Of a stretch of DNA of 64,000 nt, positions 27,401-42,542 are shown in pieces (positions within the stretch are counted from its first letter, which is position 1; each line of letters opens with the position of its first letter). The stretch is from Paraspadella gotoi. Its lineage: Eukaryota > Animalia > Chaetognatha. Made by a program: the position numbers and the translations under genes. Under the pieces are notes generated by a model that made no database searches, was not told the origin of the DNA, and was given only the letters and a program-made list of their open reading frames with translations. The stretch covers positions 10,383,615 through 10,447,614 of the forward strand of contig CM119264.1 of NCBI GenBank assembly GCA_051294375.1, in the 5' to 3' direction.

Positions 27401-30400
27401 TGATTTATAGTCAAACAAACTTTTAACAACTTTTTGGTTTTAACTTTAAAATTATAACAACCATGATGTCGTTATAAAAAGCAACTATCGAGACTCAGAC
27501 CGAGAAAAACAAATTTTCACTACTTCATTTTTCTGCAATTTGCAAATGAGATTAATCTATTACTGATTAACAGGAAAATCCAAGTACGAGTTAGCGATAA
27601 AATATATTTTTGATTAAATTTTTTCAAAAATATATTATTTTTTTTCTATTACTATTATTTTAAGAAAAAAAAAAGAGAAACACTACACATTTTGATTGAG
27701 AGAAGAAAGAAAAAGAAAGAAACTCGTGAGGCGAAGAAATAAGAGGCGAAAGGCTCGGGCCACTCAGGGTGAAGAGATAGAAGGCTTCGAAACCCCGAAA
27801 CGGAAAAAGAGGTGAGGATAGAGAGTGAGACATGTCAAAAGTGCACCTTTCTTCCCATATAACCTAAAAATGCGGCGGCTCCCGAGGGAGATAAAAAAAA
27901 AAAGAGAGAAGTGAGGAAAGAGAACAAAAAAGGAAAGAAAGAAAAAAAGATGAAAAAAGAAGGAAAAAGAAAGGAAATGGAGAAGTTTCAAAGAATAAAA
28001 AATAAATAAAATAAATTGAACGAAGCCAAAAAAAAAATGGAAAGTACCATTAATTGTGAATAAAGATTTTTTTAATAAATGTTAATGTATTAACTAAAAT
28101 ATTAAGCGTTTAAATTTTAAAACGGAAGTCAGCATCGTTCGGAATAATCTGTCACCGCCAGTCCGCCATTTTGTCACATTCTGTCCGTATCACCGCTTCA
28201 CCTCATCAACTCACTCTTCTTCAATGTTCACCTCGACAGCCATCGTCTCCCTCTCCATCTATCTCACCAGCCCACCACCGACCCCTCGGCGCCAATTTAT
28301 TGCTTATTCCAGGGATACTTCATGAATCGTTCCCGTGAGAGGGTTAAGTCCGAGATGAAGGACGGGGAAATAGAGGGAGGACAGCGGCGGTGTGAGGGGA
28401 TCCAGGGGGTCACGCCTCGGAGGGTGCGGTGTGAGAGGGTGGGGGAAAGAGTTCGAAAAGCGGAATGGCCCCAATAAAGTAGAAGAGGGAGGGTTAAGTG
28501 CGCCACCCAAGCGAGCCGCGTCCATCACCCTGGGCGGCCTGGGCTCTCACTTTTTCCCCAGTTTGGCTGGAGATGGTGGTTTTGGTTAATGGGGGTGTGA
28601 TGGAGCGAGTGGTGGTGGTGGTGGTGGTGATCGTCGAGAGAAGTCAACTGCGGAAAACCGTAGATCGAAAGAGTCGCGAGTTTGAAAATGCGATGGTGAG
28701 GATCGAGTTAGACTCGAAGCCTAAAGTGAACGTTTGAATAATGAATGTAAAGTTTTAATTGGACTGATTAAACTGTAAAACTAAATAAGAAAAATTGCAC
28801 AACGATTCAACGATAGCATTGCGGAAGCCAAATCGCAAGATTTAAATATTGAACAATGCATTGCTTGACCGGAGAAAAGGTAAACAAGTTGGTTATATTA
28901 AACAATTAGTTAATTGATTATATTAAACAACCTAGTTCCACACATCTCGCCCGAATTTCTGGCTGTTTTTGCAAGCTTTCAAATCAGATCTGACTGTTAT
29001 CCGCCACTGCAGGTAGGTTAGACGTCAGTTCTCCCTTATTACCAATGAACCACTTGGTCGAGAACCCAAGTTAAGCTTCGTCGGAAGGCTCACTTCTTAC
29101 GCAGAGACACAAATATTTTTAAAAAGTTAAAAAGAAGTGCGATTCGAGCGGAATATAACGTTAAATGTAATCGGTAAATAACAAAACAACGTTCCCACAT
29201 TAAATAAACGAATATTCTCATATAATTACGCGCGTTTTCCACGTAATCGGCGTTTTTTCTTTTCCCTCGGGTCCCTGATTTTTGCAGCGGCGTGATTTGG
29301 GGCGCCGAGGTGCCCTGCCGAGGGCCGGGGGCCGAGGTGGCTGCCGGGTGCCGGATCGGCCGATGGCGGGCTCGGCTGACGGGCCGCGCGAGTCAGGTCA
29401 GGAGGGAACGATAAACAAAACGGTTTTTGGCGCGATTTTTCGAGTTTTTAGATTTTTTCCCAGCTTTTTTCGATTTTCTTCGCTGCTATTGTCTGTATTT
29501 CTCGAATTACCTGTTCCTTCATCGGACTTACGATATTTTAGTTTTTTTTAAAGTCAATATTTTGATCGTATTCTACCCTATTTTGGTTAATATTCTATAA
29601 AATTTTTGACATAATTTTACCTTCATTTGTTCTACGATTGTCTGTTCTTACTTTACATGTTCTTCGCGATTTTTCGTTTCTACGATTTTCTGTTCTTTGA
29701 ATTTCTGTTTCACGATTCAGGCTGCCCATTCGTTTTTTTTTTCAGTTGCAGACGTCAGCAAGACTTTCACTCGCCTTCGTTTCACGCTGATGATTGTAAA
29801 GTGAAGTCGATCGTTAAAGTTAAAAAAAAAAAACTGTAAGCTAAGAAAGGACATACGTATATATTTTTAGACTTTAAGACTAACTTTTTTCCTCTGAAAA
29901 TTAAAAAAAAAAAAAAGAAAAAAAGAAATAACGGGTGGCGTGGGTTTCCAAAGCACTCGGTCTCCGTTTCTCTTGGCGGCCATTTTTAACCCAGAGTTCG
30001 AGAAGAGACGCAAACGAAGAGGAAAATTCGGAACTTCACTTTCCGGTTGCGGTGACGTGGGAGGAGAAAGTGACCAATCGATGAGAAAAAAAGGAAAGGT
30101 TTTTATCAAAAATAAAAGTGAGACTCCCCGTTTCAAGTGTGTGTGTTTCAAGACTCAGTTGCGAGATGCATATTTAAAAAACCACTATCAGTCAACGAAT
30201 TGTTTAAAAAAAATATGCAGCAAGTAAAGTTACAAAATTTAAATATCGGTTCGTAATAAATCAAAGCTAACCAAATCCAAACCGATGTGCGACATCCCAG
30301 CAACTCTTCGTCAATTCCTCGTCGGTGGCGCTGTGTGACGGCCAGAATGGCAAAGTGCAGAGTTGGGTGGCATCGCCATCACTGATTCGACGGCGGAAAT

Positions 30401-30490
30401 GGAACGAAGGATGATGAGTGGAACGGGAGAAAGAAACGAGGCGCCTAATGAGTCGAGGTCAGGAGTTTGATTGAGGAGAGAGAGAGAGAG

Positions 30491-30538
<48 letters not shown>

Positions 30539-33500
30539 AAGAGAGAGAGAGCAAAAAAGAAAGAAAGTGCAAGAGACAAACGCAAAGTGACAAAAGAACA
30601 TTTGCATTTTGACAGAGGACGGACACTTCTCAAAGCGCGCGTTCATAAAAAATGCTATATTTTGCTTTTTCTAAAGGCCTAAAAAAAAAAAGAAAGCCAC
30701 AATTTTTTTCTGAAAAAAAAGAAAAAAGAAAATAGAAAGGCTAAAAACGAGACGACCGATCACGACCGGCCCGCCGTATCGAAAAGACGACTTTGTTAAG
30801 TCAAACTGGTAGAGAGAATGAGCTGAACGACATTGATCTCGCTGTTGTTCACTGGAAAACCGAGAATGGGGTCGATGATCAGGCAGCGTTTTTGGTTTCG
30901 AAACACAGCTGTTTGGAAATGGATCCAAAGCTTTGTTTTCACGTTTAGCGTTTTTTCCTCAAAGCTTGGAAATATTTAGAAGAAAATCGTATTGAATATG
31001 TATCTTAAAAATATTACATCACTTTTCGTTTTACCTTTAATCTGTGATACAAAATAAGTTCATACATTTACGAAGATATAAATAATAAATACTGTATATC
31101 TTTCATTTATCAGCGTTTTTTCGAAAAAAAGCCTCACTGCTTAGTGCTACCCAACGTTGTAAGAAGTGTGGACCGCCTATAGCAAAGCTGAGAACAGTGA
31201 AACTAACGAGATCGGATCTTTGCGCAGCTGTTTTTCCACTCGAATCCGGAAACAGCTGGTGACGTCGGCTGATACTCGTTCGCGAGGACAGAAAAGAGAA
31301 GTCCTTTTGATTACGTTCGGACGGTGACACGAGAGGGCATCAGTTACATAACGATCCGATCGAAATACTGGCGCATCGGAGATATTTACAATCTTTATTA
31401 TACTTATTGGATTTTCGGAACTTAATCAATCCAAAGCGGCTTTAAGCGATTGCATTACAATGAACTTTGCTTCGGAATCCAATCCTATGCTGCTGAAGGG
31501 CTCCGAAAAAAGATGTTTTCAATACAGGTTCTTTTGGTTATTTTTATAGTCAACTGATTCATCAGGGCTAACACTGAGTAGGTTCCACTGTCATGGTACA
31601 ATTTTTGTTCATTTATAAATAAAGGGTTACACAGGAATCTTAAAGTTATTACGCCATAGATTGAAATTCTTTGATATGCCTAAACATCTGTTCCTAAGGG
31701 TGTACTTGTCCAGGACAGATTTTGGCGTGCCTTAGTTGTTCTCTACCTACTTTCTGTCGGATGTTTTAAATTAACAATAGCTATTGTTCAGTTTTCTCAC
31801 ATTGCCGGTCAAACGGAATATTGCTAATCAACTAAATTGCCTCTGACTATCGCCTTTCGTCGATTATTCTTTTGCCATTCTTGCCCAAACTTTCCCTGGC
31901 CATCTTTTCTTTTCCTTCCTCATTCAGCCCATTTCGTCCCCGACGGGCTTTGGCGTCCACCTTACGCTCGTCCCCCACCTCGCCATCCAAGGGGGCGTGG
32001 CTCGACTTTCTCGGCGACAGGATAAGTTCCACCGTCGTTTAGATTAATCGAGGCAGGGGAAAAAGCTGTAAAGAGCTGGGATGAAGCCAGATGTAGAGAG
32101 GCGAGAAAAAGGAAGTAGAGAGGCAGGAAAGGGAGGAATCGAGGAAGAAAAAATTGAGGGCATAGGAAAGAAAAGGAGAAAAAAAAAAATCGATGTGGCT
32201 CCGAGAGAACGAATGGGAAGAAAGAAATGTGCATGAAAGTCGGAGAGTCGAAGAGTAAAAGAGAAGAGAAGGGAGGAAGAAAAAGAAGAGAGTCGGAGGT
32301 TCTGAAAGAGAAGAGAAGAGAAAGTTTAGAAACAACTGGGATTGAATTAAGAAAAAGAGTTTCGGTGGAAAATTCTGATCATCCGAAGAAAAAATTCTGG
32401 GTTTGTCTTAATTGGCATCATTCTTTCACGTACACGATTTTTTTACGTACACGATGTTACGGTGAAGGAGAACCAAGGTTATTCGGAAAAGTCGTTTACT
32501 TTTAGATTTCGGTGGTATCGTTTAAGTTTAACTGTATTTGCTCACACCTTAATATTATGTAGTATCATTTTTCACAGAATACTATTACATAATAAATAAT
32601 TATTATGATTGAGAATTAGCTCGATCTGTAAAAGATGAGAAACGCTACCCGGTTCTTAAACGTGATGGGAGAGGAAGGATGTAAAGAATTGACGAGAGAT
32701 TGAGACAAAGTGCAAAAAAAAAACAGTCGTTGAAAGTTTTTGAAAAAAAAATCACTCAGTTTACGAGATATTTCTGTCCAGTATTAATTTATTACTAATT
32801 TTTACGGGCGATTTGCTTAAATGCGACCCCGTTCGGCCTAATTTCTTACCTCGGCTCCACTCGTCGGCAACCCTCGACGTCAAAATACACAAGGAAAACT
32901 CGGCTCCCACTCGTCGGACCAATTTGGGCGGCGCCGGACGCGCGGGCGCCGGGATTAGAGCAGGACTCCGCGGCGCCTGCCGCCAGGGGTCGTACGGGGC
33001 CATGATAAAGAAGAAACGGGGTCAGAATTAGGTTTCGCCTTTGATTGGTTACTGACGTGCGTTGGCGAGGCTAGAAGCTGCGGCAAGCGATTTTTTTTTC
33101 TCTCGGCCGACGGTCCGGAAGGCTTCGGGTAGGGGAAAAGGGTGAGGTAAGTTTTGGCCGGGTTGGTTGGATAAGTGAGAGGTTTCGGGGTGTGGTCACT
33201 GCGTCCAGCAATGAAAGAATCGTAGGAAGGAGTCGATATGGGGAGATGAGCGGAGATGTAAGAAAAGTTACGTAGGAGAACTGATTGATGATGAAGTGAA
33301 TTTGCTTAGAGTTAAAGAGGAAGAGAGAAAAAATAAAGCTAAACAAGAAGAGTGACTTGACTGACTGACGGAGCACAGAGAACAAAAAAAATAAAGGTAC
33401 TAGATTGAAGTGGACTTGGCGGGAAGAAGGTGACCCGAACGTGCGTCGCTGCTTCGAATTCTGAAGAGGAGACGCGAAGAGAAAATTTTATTGAGCGGAC

Positions 33501-34566
33501 TTCGTTCTTCTTATCTCTGTTTCGGTCGGTCATTGGCGGGTGAGGCGAAGGAAAGCTTTGATTGGAACTCACCCAAAATAACAAATTTGATTTATTACTC
33601 GAGAACAAACAGGGAATGGCCCTTAAATAAATATTTCTTCATAGCAGTTTTGCTTCAATACTTATCTTTTAAATGTTTACCCTTTCCTCATATTCGTCCG
33701 GCTTTCGTTTGACGCTTTCTTCAATGCTTTTCTAATCCCGAGGCAATCATCATAAAACGCGGGGAAGAGAGAGAGGAGAGAGAGAGAGAGAGAGAAGAGA
33801 GAGAATGATGAAAGAGAGAGAGAGAGAGAGAGAGAAGAAGTACCTTACTCGTGAAAGGATCTGGTTTTCGGTTTCTGAAACGTCATCGCCGTTGTCTTTC
33901 GTGTGGTTCGCCGGTCATCGCCGTCGTCGTCACTATTGTCGTCATCGTCGTTCATCGTCTCGTTCATCGTCGCAGTTATCGTTCACTTTTTACGTCGCAA
34001 ACTTTTTTTCGGTCGTTTTTTATTTTTAAATCATCTTTTTACCGGTGTCTTTTTTTTTTATCTTTTTATCTTTTTTCTCATCCGCCCATCCATCACCGTC
34101 GCTTTATTCGTCATCTTCGGTCGTCGCCATTTTTTTGCGTTTTACTTTGTCATCATTTTCACTTCACACCATGATTTTATCGATTGTCTTTTTCATAGAC
34201 AAAGTTTTTTTTTCTTTATCACTTTCCTTAATTAGGACTTTGATATAATAAGTTATTTAATTTTTTTTAGTAGCATTTTGGATTTGTTTGACCAATATAA
34301 ATCGCTCTCTTCTCTCGATTTACAAGGTTGCTCTGTGTTTATTTTCCTCGTCTTATCAGAGTTTTCGTGGTCGTCGCTTCCCCCGATCGTCGTTCAGTCG
34401 TCGTCGTCTTCGTCTTTCGTCGTTCTTCGTCGTCCGTCGTCGTCGTTGTCGTCGTCGTCGTTCGTCCCCCATTTCGAAGCTAAAATTGCGAACCCAAGTT
34501 TTTAAAAAGGATTTCGATTTTCGTTGGTCTCAACGCGACAATCCTTAACTTTAGACGAGAATCTCG
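24157..34566 (-). repeat. Right arm (~10.4 kb) of giant inverted repeat, error-rich copy
   Basis: Starts GCCGCCGCTCCTGCGCAACCGTTG, the reverse complement of the left-arm end at 23897-23920. Carries many 1-bp indels, short block deletions and near-unalignable patches (~28760-28860, ~31335-31860). Confidence 0.97.
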
Positions 34567-36381
34567 CCTAAAAAAAAAATTCAACATTTTCTAATAGAGA
34601 TTTCCGTTAAAAATCTGACTCACCCAAATTGCAAACGAGATTGCCAGAAATTCGTGTTAAAAAACAGTTGTTTAAAAACAACGATTCCGAATTAGCGTTA
34701 TTATCTTAAGAGCTAGCCAAAAATTCGTTCTTTATGGCATTTTGATAAAAGGATTAACTATCAAACAAGCCATGGGAAATGCACTTAGTCATCTCCGGAG
34801 AATTTTCAAACCTTGTTTTTACTATAAAAATGAAAGGGAAATTTTGCTTTTCAAAAATTTGGTAAACGGGCTAGCATCTCGAACAAAACCTCGTACGTTT
34901 TAATAATCGGCTAATAAATAAATGCATTTTTCGCTTTACGAAAAAAAAAAAAAAAAAAAAAAAAAATGTTTCATCTCTCTGCTTTTTNNNNNNNNNNNNN
35001 NNNNNNNNNNNNACGAGGCAAATGAGCCGGATTTCACGTTAAGCAAATGACAGTAACGCAGGGATAAAAAGCTATTTTCGTGAAAACCCGAATCTCTATC
35101 CCTCTCTCTCTCTCTTTCTCTCTCTATCTATCTATCTATCTCCCCCCCTTTCTCTCCCTCTCTCTTGTTGTGCTTCGCTACTTCCGAATCTCATCATTGC
35201 CCGCGCTTTTATTGCCCCCATTCATCGCTGGGGACGCGTTACGGAATGTGATGTTAGAAAATTACTCGTTTCTCGAAATTTGAAGCCAAAACTATTTTCA
35301 CGGATTCGAGGGGGAGGAGGAGGAGGAGGAGGAGGAGGAGGAGGAGAGCCATCTGCGTGACCAGGTTTTCTGCAAGAATATTTCGAATATTTTGACTAAA
35401 AAGTTCATTTCGTTTATATATTACAAATATATCCTTAACCAATGATAACTGTTAACGTTGTTTCTAAATCAAGCTCTGTTTTCATTTAAACTCTCGATTA
35501 GATGAACAATTTTCCCTCGAAAACTCATCCAACTTTCATGGAAATTATTCCGCCGCGATGATTTTTTTTCCTCCCGCCCATTAAAGTCGTACAAGTTCCG
35601 TCGAATAAATATTGTTTAACGACGAGGTAATAAGAGGAAAAAAAATTCGCATAAAAAATTGTGGAAAGGAAAGGATTGGAATAATTTTCCTTTCGAAACA
35701 AATCATTCAAGATTCTTTGTAACGGAGGAAGCGGTCGAAGCGGAAATCCCTGTTTTGGGAAGCGGAGAATGACAACTGAAAGAGGCGAAATGAACACGGC
35801 TACTTGTATTGCATTGCAATGTCACTGAGATAATAATCACGGCCTCATTAGTATTTTAAGCAGAGAAAACTCAATGTAAGAAATTGTTCCAGGTTTGCCT
35901 GGCTTTGAATTTGAATGATAATTATAGAGCGAACTCGTCCTCCATTAACCGGGAGAAAGCGTCAGACTGGAGCGGCCTTGATGTAGCGCTTGTATCGGTC
36001 CAGACAAAAGCGGTCACATTAGAAAAGGCGGCCGCGTCATTCCCTAGCGGAAACGGTCGTGGGAAGCGGAATCCGGCTGCCGGGGTGACGACGACGACGA
36101 CGACGACGACGACCTCCGCTAGAATCTAATTAAAGTAATGACTTACGGTTTTCATTCCGGCGCCCCTAGAGCCACCCGCGAGGACGCATGGCAGATGACG
36201 ATCGCAATGACAAATGCGACGACGAATGCGACGACGAACATAATGACGAACGCGACGATGATAAGAACCACGAAAGCAACGTCGAACGCGAAGACGAACG
36301 CGATGACAAATGCAACAATGACGAACGCGACGACGGACGCGACAACAATGTCAATTACGGCAGAAAGTCAGAAACACTTAC

Positions 36382-36569
36382 CTGATTGAGATCTCGAGGA
36401 GACCCCATCGGGAGACGGCCAACGTTTCAAGTCGTTCTTTTACCTGCTGTTGAGTGTTGTCTTCCCATTTTCTACCTCGTTGTTGTTGTTGTGGAAATAG
36501 ACAGCTTCGTCGTGACGCTTCCGTTGCGTCGTTAGCGTCAGACATTAATAATCGATATTTGATGAACAT
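36382..36569 (-). CDS. Possible coding exon (MFIKYRLLMSDANDATEASRR...LETLAVSRWGLLEISIR)
   Basis: ATG-initiated open frame ending exactly at a perfect donor CAG|GTAAGT (GTAAGT = 36381-36376 on minus). Confidence 0.35.
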
Positions 36570-39245
36570 CCCTTTTTACGCGGCGACGGCTGCGGTGACA
36601 GCGGCGATTGACCGTATTGTGAAGCAAAAACAAAAGGCTCAACGAAAATAGAATGGAATTTTCTGATTTTAAAATGCGGACTTTATTTCCAGTGCGTTGG
36701 TTGAAAAAAAAAAACTTTCTAAGAGCCAAAATCTCGCGAAAAAAAATTGGCGGGAAATTTTGAAAAAAGACTGCGTCATCGGTAATTCGGTCGGTTGTTG
36801 GTTTTCGGTGAAAAAAAATAATATAAAAAATGAAAAAAAATAAGGAAATAGAATTTTGTTTTAATACTAATTTAATTTAATTTAATTTAATTTAATTTAT
36901 TTAAAGAAATAAAATACAAGGCATTATTCCGTAAACATTTCTTTTTCGTATTCTAAATCATGATGGAATGAAAGAATCGTTTGTTTTGTGAAATGGTGGC
37001 GAAGACGGTAAAGACTAGGACGACGATAAAGACAACGCTGACGACGATAAAAACGACGACCACGACGACGAAAACGACGATCACGACGACGAAAAAGACG
37101 AAGTCGATCGGAGGAAGCGAAAGAAGAGAACGACGATGATTTTCTCGCGTCTACGAAAAAAAGACGGAACGAGAGCGAGAGGAGAGAGAGAGAAGAAACG
37201 GAGAGAGAAGCACGAGGAAGAGAGAGGAAGAGAAGACACAGAACGCAGAGCAGGAAGAGAGAGCGAGAGAGTCAGAGATGGGACAGGGAGAGAGAGAAGA
37301 GAAGAGAGAATGAGAGAGAGAGAATACGAGAGAGAGAGATGAGAAGAGAGAGAACGCCGGCCCGAGAAGCGATAGAGTGCGCGAACGCGCGCGGGGCGAT
37401 ACGCGTCATGGGGCGAAGGGCGCGCGTGAGTAGACGGGGAGAGTTCAAGCCGAACCGCAGGATGGCGGATGGAGGAAACGAGGAAAGGGAGGAAAGAAAA
37501 GAGCGGAAAAGAAGGAAAGAGGACAATGGGGGAAAGGGGGGAAAAATGGAGTTTAGTAATATAATTCGAAGGCATAAAGTATAAAGGGAGAGAAATCAAA
37601 TGAAAAAGTAATTGTGGTATGGGTCGAAGGCCAGTGAAGAGAGAGAAAAAGACTCATCAAGCTGCAGTTCGGTAAGTTGCGAGATCGAAAGCGACGAAAA
37701 CACCCCATGGGCGAAGAGAAACTCTGGAATATCGCTGTCAAAGTGGTAAAAGGCGGATAGATAAGTGAGTCTGAAAAGTAAGTGAGTGATAAGTAGGTGA
37801 GGTACATCGGGATTCGGGGCGTCGGCATCGTCCGTCGAAAATTCGGCAGACGAACGACCGATTTAAATAGCGACGGTGGCGTCGAATTGATATTGCATAT
37901 TCCTTTATAAAGTAGCACTACTTTTCCACCCATCCGAATTTCGAGATTAAACGATGAATATCAGTTGGTATCAATAGTTGATATAAACGATATCAATCAA
38001 ATTATGTCTTTCTTTCGATGAATGCAAAGCTGAAGTTCTGACTATTGCCAACATATACAATGGTCAGATATGCCAAACAGAAAAGTATCTTTCTAGTCAA
38101 TATAGTCGCGACTCAAAAAAAAAAATATTGATTCCTTTGGCAGAAAGCCATCTGCTACCATTGGCAGTTCTGGTTGGATGAAGGTGCCAAGCGCCTCTTA
38201 CCAATCTCTTTTCTGACGGTGCCGTCGGAGAAACGCAGATTTCAAACTGATAATTTTTTTTTTACTTAACGAATGCCACTCATTCAAACATGAGACGTAA
38301 GCTCTCCCAAGAGATGTAAACAAATATAATCATCCAGAAAAAAGTTACAACACCCACTGAAAATTTTCAATCATCGTTCTTGATTGATTAAATATCTAAT
38401 AAATTATATTTTTGCCGTTTAATACTCCCTAGTCTCTTAGAATCTTAGAATGTATATATTCTTAATATAATTTTCCATTTATATAGGCTTTTATAGCTAA
38501 TTTTGTTTCTTCATCTCAATCTCTTTTCAGTCGATTTTTTTTCCTCCTTTCTTTTTATCACAAACTCCATTTTCTTTTACTCTTCCTCTCTTTCTCTCCT
38601 TCCCTTTCTGTCTCTCTCTGTCTCTCTCTGTCTCTCTTTCTCTTCCTCTCTCTTCGGCAGTGAAGAGAGGGTCGACAGAAACGGTCCATTTAACTCCGGT
38701 CGAAACTGGAAAAACTTCGGCTGATTCTCCTAAAATTGGAAAAAATTGCGATCGGAGGGAGACGGATTCGGGCGAGAGAGAGAGAGAGAGGAGAGAGAGA
38801 CGAGAGAGCAGAGATGAGATAGAGAGAGAGGAGAGAGAGAGAGAGACTGAGAGAGGAGAGAAGAGAGAGAAACAAGGGGGGAGGGAAGGAAAACCAACGG
38901 ATTCGATATCTGTGTCAGTCATCTTCCCTCCCCGCCATTTTCTTGATTGACTGATTTCAAGGACTAGGACTTTTCCTCTTTTTCTTTTTTTCTCTTTTTT
39001 TCCGTTTTTTTCTTTTTTCTGCTTCTTTTCTTTTCTTTAAATATTACGGAGAAGAGACAAAGAAGTCTGAGGCCGATGCACTCAGAGAGAGAGAGATCGA
39101 GAACATGAACATGAAATAGACTAAACCGGGGCGAGATTTACTGTGGCCCATGAGGTCATTTCGTTTACTAAAAGTAAGACTTTTAAATTGTTAGTATTTG
39201 ATACTAAAACCAGAAGAAAAAAAATTAATCAAAGATTAATAGAGC

Positions 39246-39315
<70 letters not shown>

Positions 39316-41864
39316 AATAATAACTTGGACTAATTTCAAACTTTTGATTATGGAACACCCATCGGTGCCCATTATTGCAGATACCAGCGCCGCCAATTAT
39401 TGACTTAATGATTGACAAAATAATTGGCTTCTCTGTTGAGGAGTTCTGTAAATGTCGATCATATTTCGATGACGAAATTAACAAAAGGCAAACGCCGAGA
39501 TTAATTATCGAGAAACAGACGGAGAAAATGAAAGCAGCAAGGCAATCAGCGGCGCACGGATGTCGAGAGTTAAAAAAAAAATTGTGGTGAAAAGCAGAGT
39601 TTGTTTTGTGAATTATTAAATTCCGAGGCTTAGTGGACGGAATTGGGAGAGGGGGGGGGAACCTCTCCGCAAAATAAACAATATCCTACGAATTTCCTTT
39701 CGGGGCCGGTACTTTCCATTCGAACCAAATGGGCAACGAGATTTCAATTCAACGTGTGGTGTTTACGTATTTTCGGCGGAGCTTGGGATCGGTATTTTTA
39801 CTTAGCAAACTCTGCATCAAGACATATGACAGGATAAGCCTTTTTTAACTTTATTAGTTAATTATTTCATCACGAAATAANNNNNNNNNNNNNNNNNNNN
39901 NNNNNAAGTAGGAGAACGAAGAGCAGGTTAAGTATTGATAAAAATGAAACTACGGAGATGGCATATTCAAAACAAATCTTCTATGAATAAAAATTTTACC
40001 ATCTGGTTAGGGTTCCAGAGAGAGAGAGAGAGAAGAAGAGAGAGACGAGAAAGAGAGAGAAAAGATAGAGGAGAAAGGAGAGAGAGAGAGGAGAAGGCGC
40101 ATGAGACGGACAAGAGTGAGATGAGATGAGTTCAAAATCGAATTTTGTTCTGCGGGAAAAATGGAGTATGAAGACTGAATAGTGAAAAAAAAACTTGGAA
40201 AAGGTAATGACCATTAAAACGACATTGTTGCTTATCATTCGACTGAAGAGAGGAATACGTCTATGAGCGGACGAGGAAAACTCGGCCAACGTGGTGTGAG
40301 TTAGAGGCGAAAAAAGAGAGAGAGAGAGAAAAAGATGCACGAGAGAGAGATGAGAGAGAGAGAGGAAAGAGAGAGAGCAGAGAGAAGCTTTTCTGCATTG
40401 AGTTGCCATTAAATCGTTTTTTGTTTGACGGCAGCGAAAACGATTTTGTCCTCAATACAAACACATAAACCAACTAAACAGCAAAAAAATGTCAAGGCGA
40501 TATGGAAACTGAAAAAAATCAGGCGAAGCGATGCATATGTCCTCAACCACCATTGCGCCGTAGTGCTGTCCACATACATTTTTTTGTTGTCACGGATGTT
40601 ACGATCAACCAAAAAACCACGTCACCAACTGCGTCAACAACGAACGAGCACGGATTCTTCCGCCATCCAGGACGATCGCCCCACGTGGATGAAATCACGG
40701 TAAAAAAGCAGAGATTCCGCGGGTTTATGGACTCGGCGCGCCTTCCATCCGCGGCCCCATTGTCGCCCCCCGGATGTCGCGGCGCCCGCTTCCTGGTTAG
40801 CCACAAAAAAACCCGGATGTTGACGGATGCGCGCCGACGGACGCCGGCGATGGCGACTCATCAATGACTTCCATTCAGCGGCGGGCGACCGCGGGAGGAA
40901 GATAGGGCGGCGTGAGGGCGAGTGAGGTGGGAGTGGGGAGAAGAACGAGGCGAGGTCGGGATCATGAAGAGAATCGCGTTCTGGAAATGATTGAGAACGG
41001 CGGAGAACGTGGAAGAACGTGGATGAACGAGGGAAGAACTGTCGGTTGAGAACTTGTAAAAGAGGAGAAGAATGATGGTGGAGATGAACGAGCAGTCAGT
41101 GAGATCGGCAACCGGCCTCTGAACGACGAGAGAGAGAATTCACAAGGCTATTATTTAGCGCGAGGCCGTTGGCGGGAATGCGGATGCGATCCCGGACGCG
41201 CAGACGCGGTTTCCGGCGCCGCGGAAGATTTTACGAGTTTGAAAAACATCGAAAACTAAACGGTCGAAGTCAAAGGCGTGGCCAATATGGCAACAACGAA
41301 GAGCTTTTGATAGAAGAGATAATGATTTAGTTAAAAAGCCGAAAAAAGATGACGAGTTTTACAGTGAGCATGAAGTCCAGAAGATAATGGAATGAAAAAT
41401 ACGCTTCCAAAACGCTCAAACTCGTACAATGCTACGTTTGAATTGCATCAAAAAATGTTTAGCCTTTAATTTTGGACAGCGGCACATTTTATCTAAACTT
41501 TTGAATTGATTTTTAGGTCCAAAGATAGATTATGGGACATTGAGATTGGAGTAGGTAAGGAATAGAGATTAGGGTAAGAGATTAGGCTAGGAGATTAGAG
41601 TTATAAAGATTTAGGGAATATGATTTGGTGAGGGCTTACCTTAAGGATTAAGCGTTATCTGCATAGGGTTTTTTTAAACGCATTTACAAGAGATTAAGTT
41701 TGGTTAGTAAATTAGGAAACCGGCCTTTTTCCGCAAAAATAATCGATCTTTAAAACGTTTTTTGGCTAATTATTATATTCTATTCTTTTAAATTTGTTTT
41801 CATGTTTACATCGCATATAGAGTCTTAGAATTAAGCGGGGCAAGTCACGTGCCTCACTGGGCAA

Positions 41865-42139
41865 TAAGCGTAGTAAAATTTCTAAATTTAACTTTAATTT
41901 AAAATTCTAAAAGTGAGGACGAACAACATCTATACTAATGAACATTTTATGTATTAAAAAAAAATTTTATAATAAATTTTACAATTTACGCAGTGGAGCC
42001 CATATTATACTAGTACTAATCCAATAAAGTTAAAATTTCAAAACAGTTTTTCTAAGATTTTTTTGCAGATTTGGATTCGTCATAAAAAAAGTTGATAAAA
42101 AGAAATATAAACTCTTTTTAAAAAATTCCTTCATTAAGG

Positions 42140-42179
<40 letters not shown>

Positions 42180-42406
42180 CTTTCGGTCAAAAAATTAGAA
42201 AAAACTATATTTTTAAGCTGAAAATTAAACTTTTTATATTATTTTAAATTATAGTTTTGTAATTTTTAACCCACTTAAAATGAAATAAATTTTTAAAAAA
42301 TAATTTATATTTTCTTTTATCAAGTTGACGCAGGGAATTCAAATTCTGCAATCAAAATTAAGAAGAAAAGCTATTTTAAAATTTTTTGATTTTATAAGGA
42401 TAGTAC

Positions 42407-42439
<33 letters not shown>

Positions 42440-42542
42440 AAAAAACATAAATTATTTTTTTTATAAATTAATGTTCAACTGATGCGTATGGTTGTTCAAA
42501 TTGACCTTTAGAATTTTCGTACGTAACTTTCACTACGCCTTA
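41865..42542. mobile_element. Non-autonomous hAT-type DNA transposon (MITE), 678 bp
   Basis: 8-bp direct repeat CTGGGCAA at 41857-41864 and 42543-42550. Termini TAAGCGTAGTAAAATT and AACTTTCACTACGCCTTA (rc TAAGGCGTAGTGAAAGTT). AT-rich non-coding interior. Copy B shows the empty site with a single CTGGGCAA (45920-45927). An 8-bp TSD with YARNG termini is the hAT pattern. Confidence 0.8.

Noticed and set aside
31335-31860. Apparently unique sequence inside the right palindrome arm
   Set aside because: Still traces 16270-16790 in reverse complement at low identity and similar length, so it is a low-quality read segment rather than an insertion.
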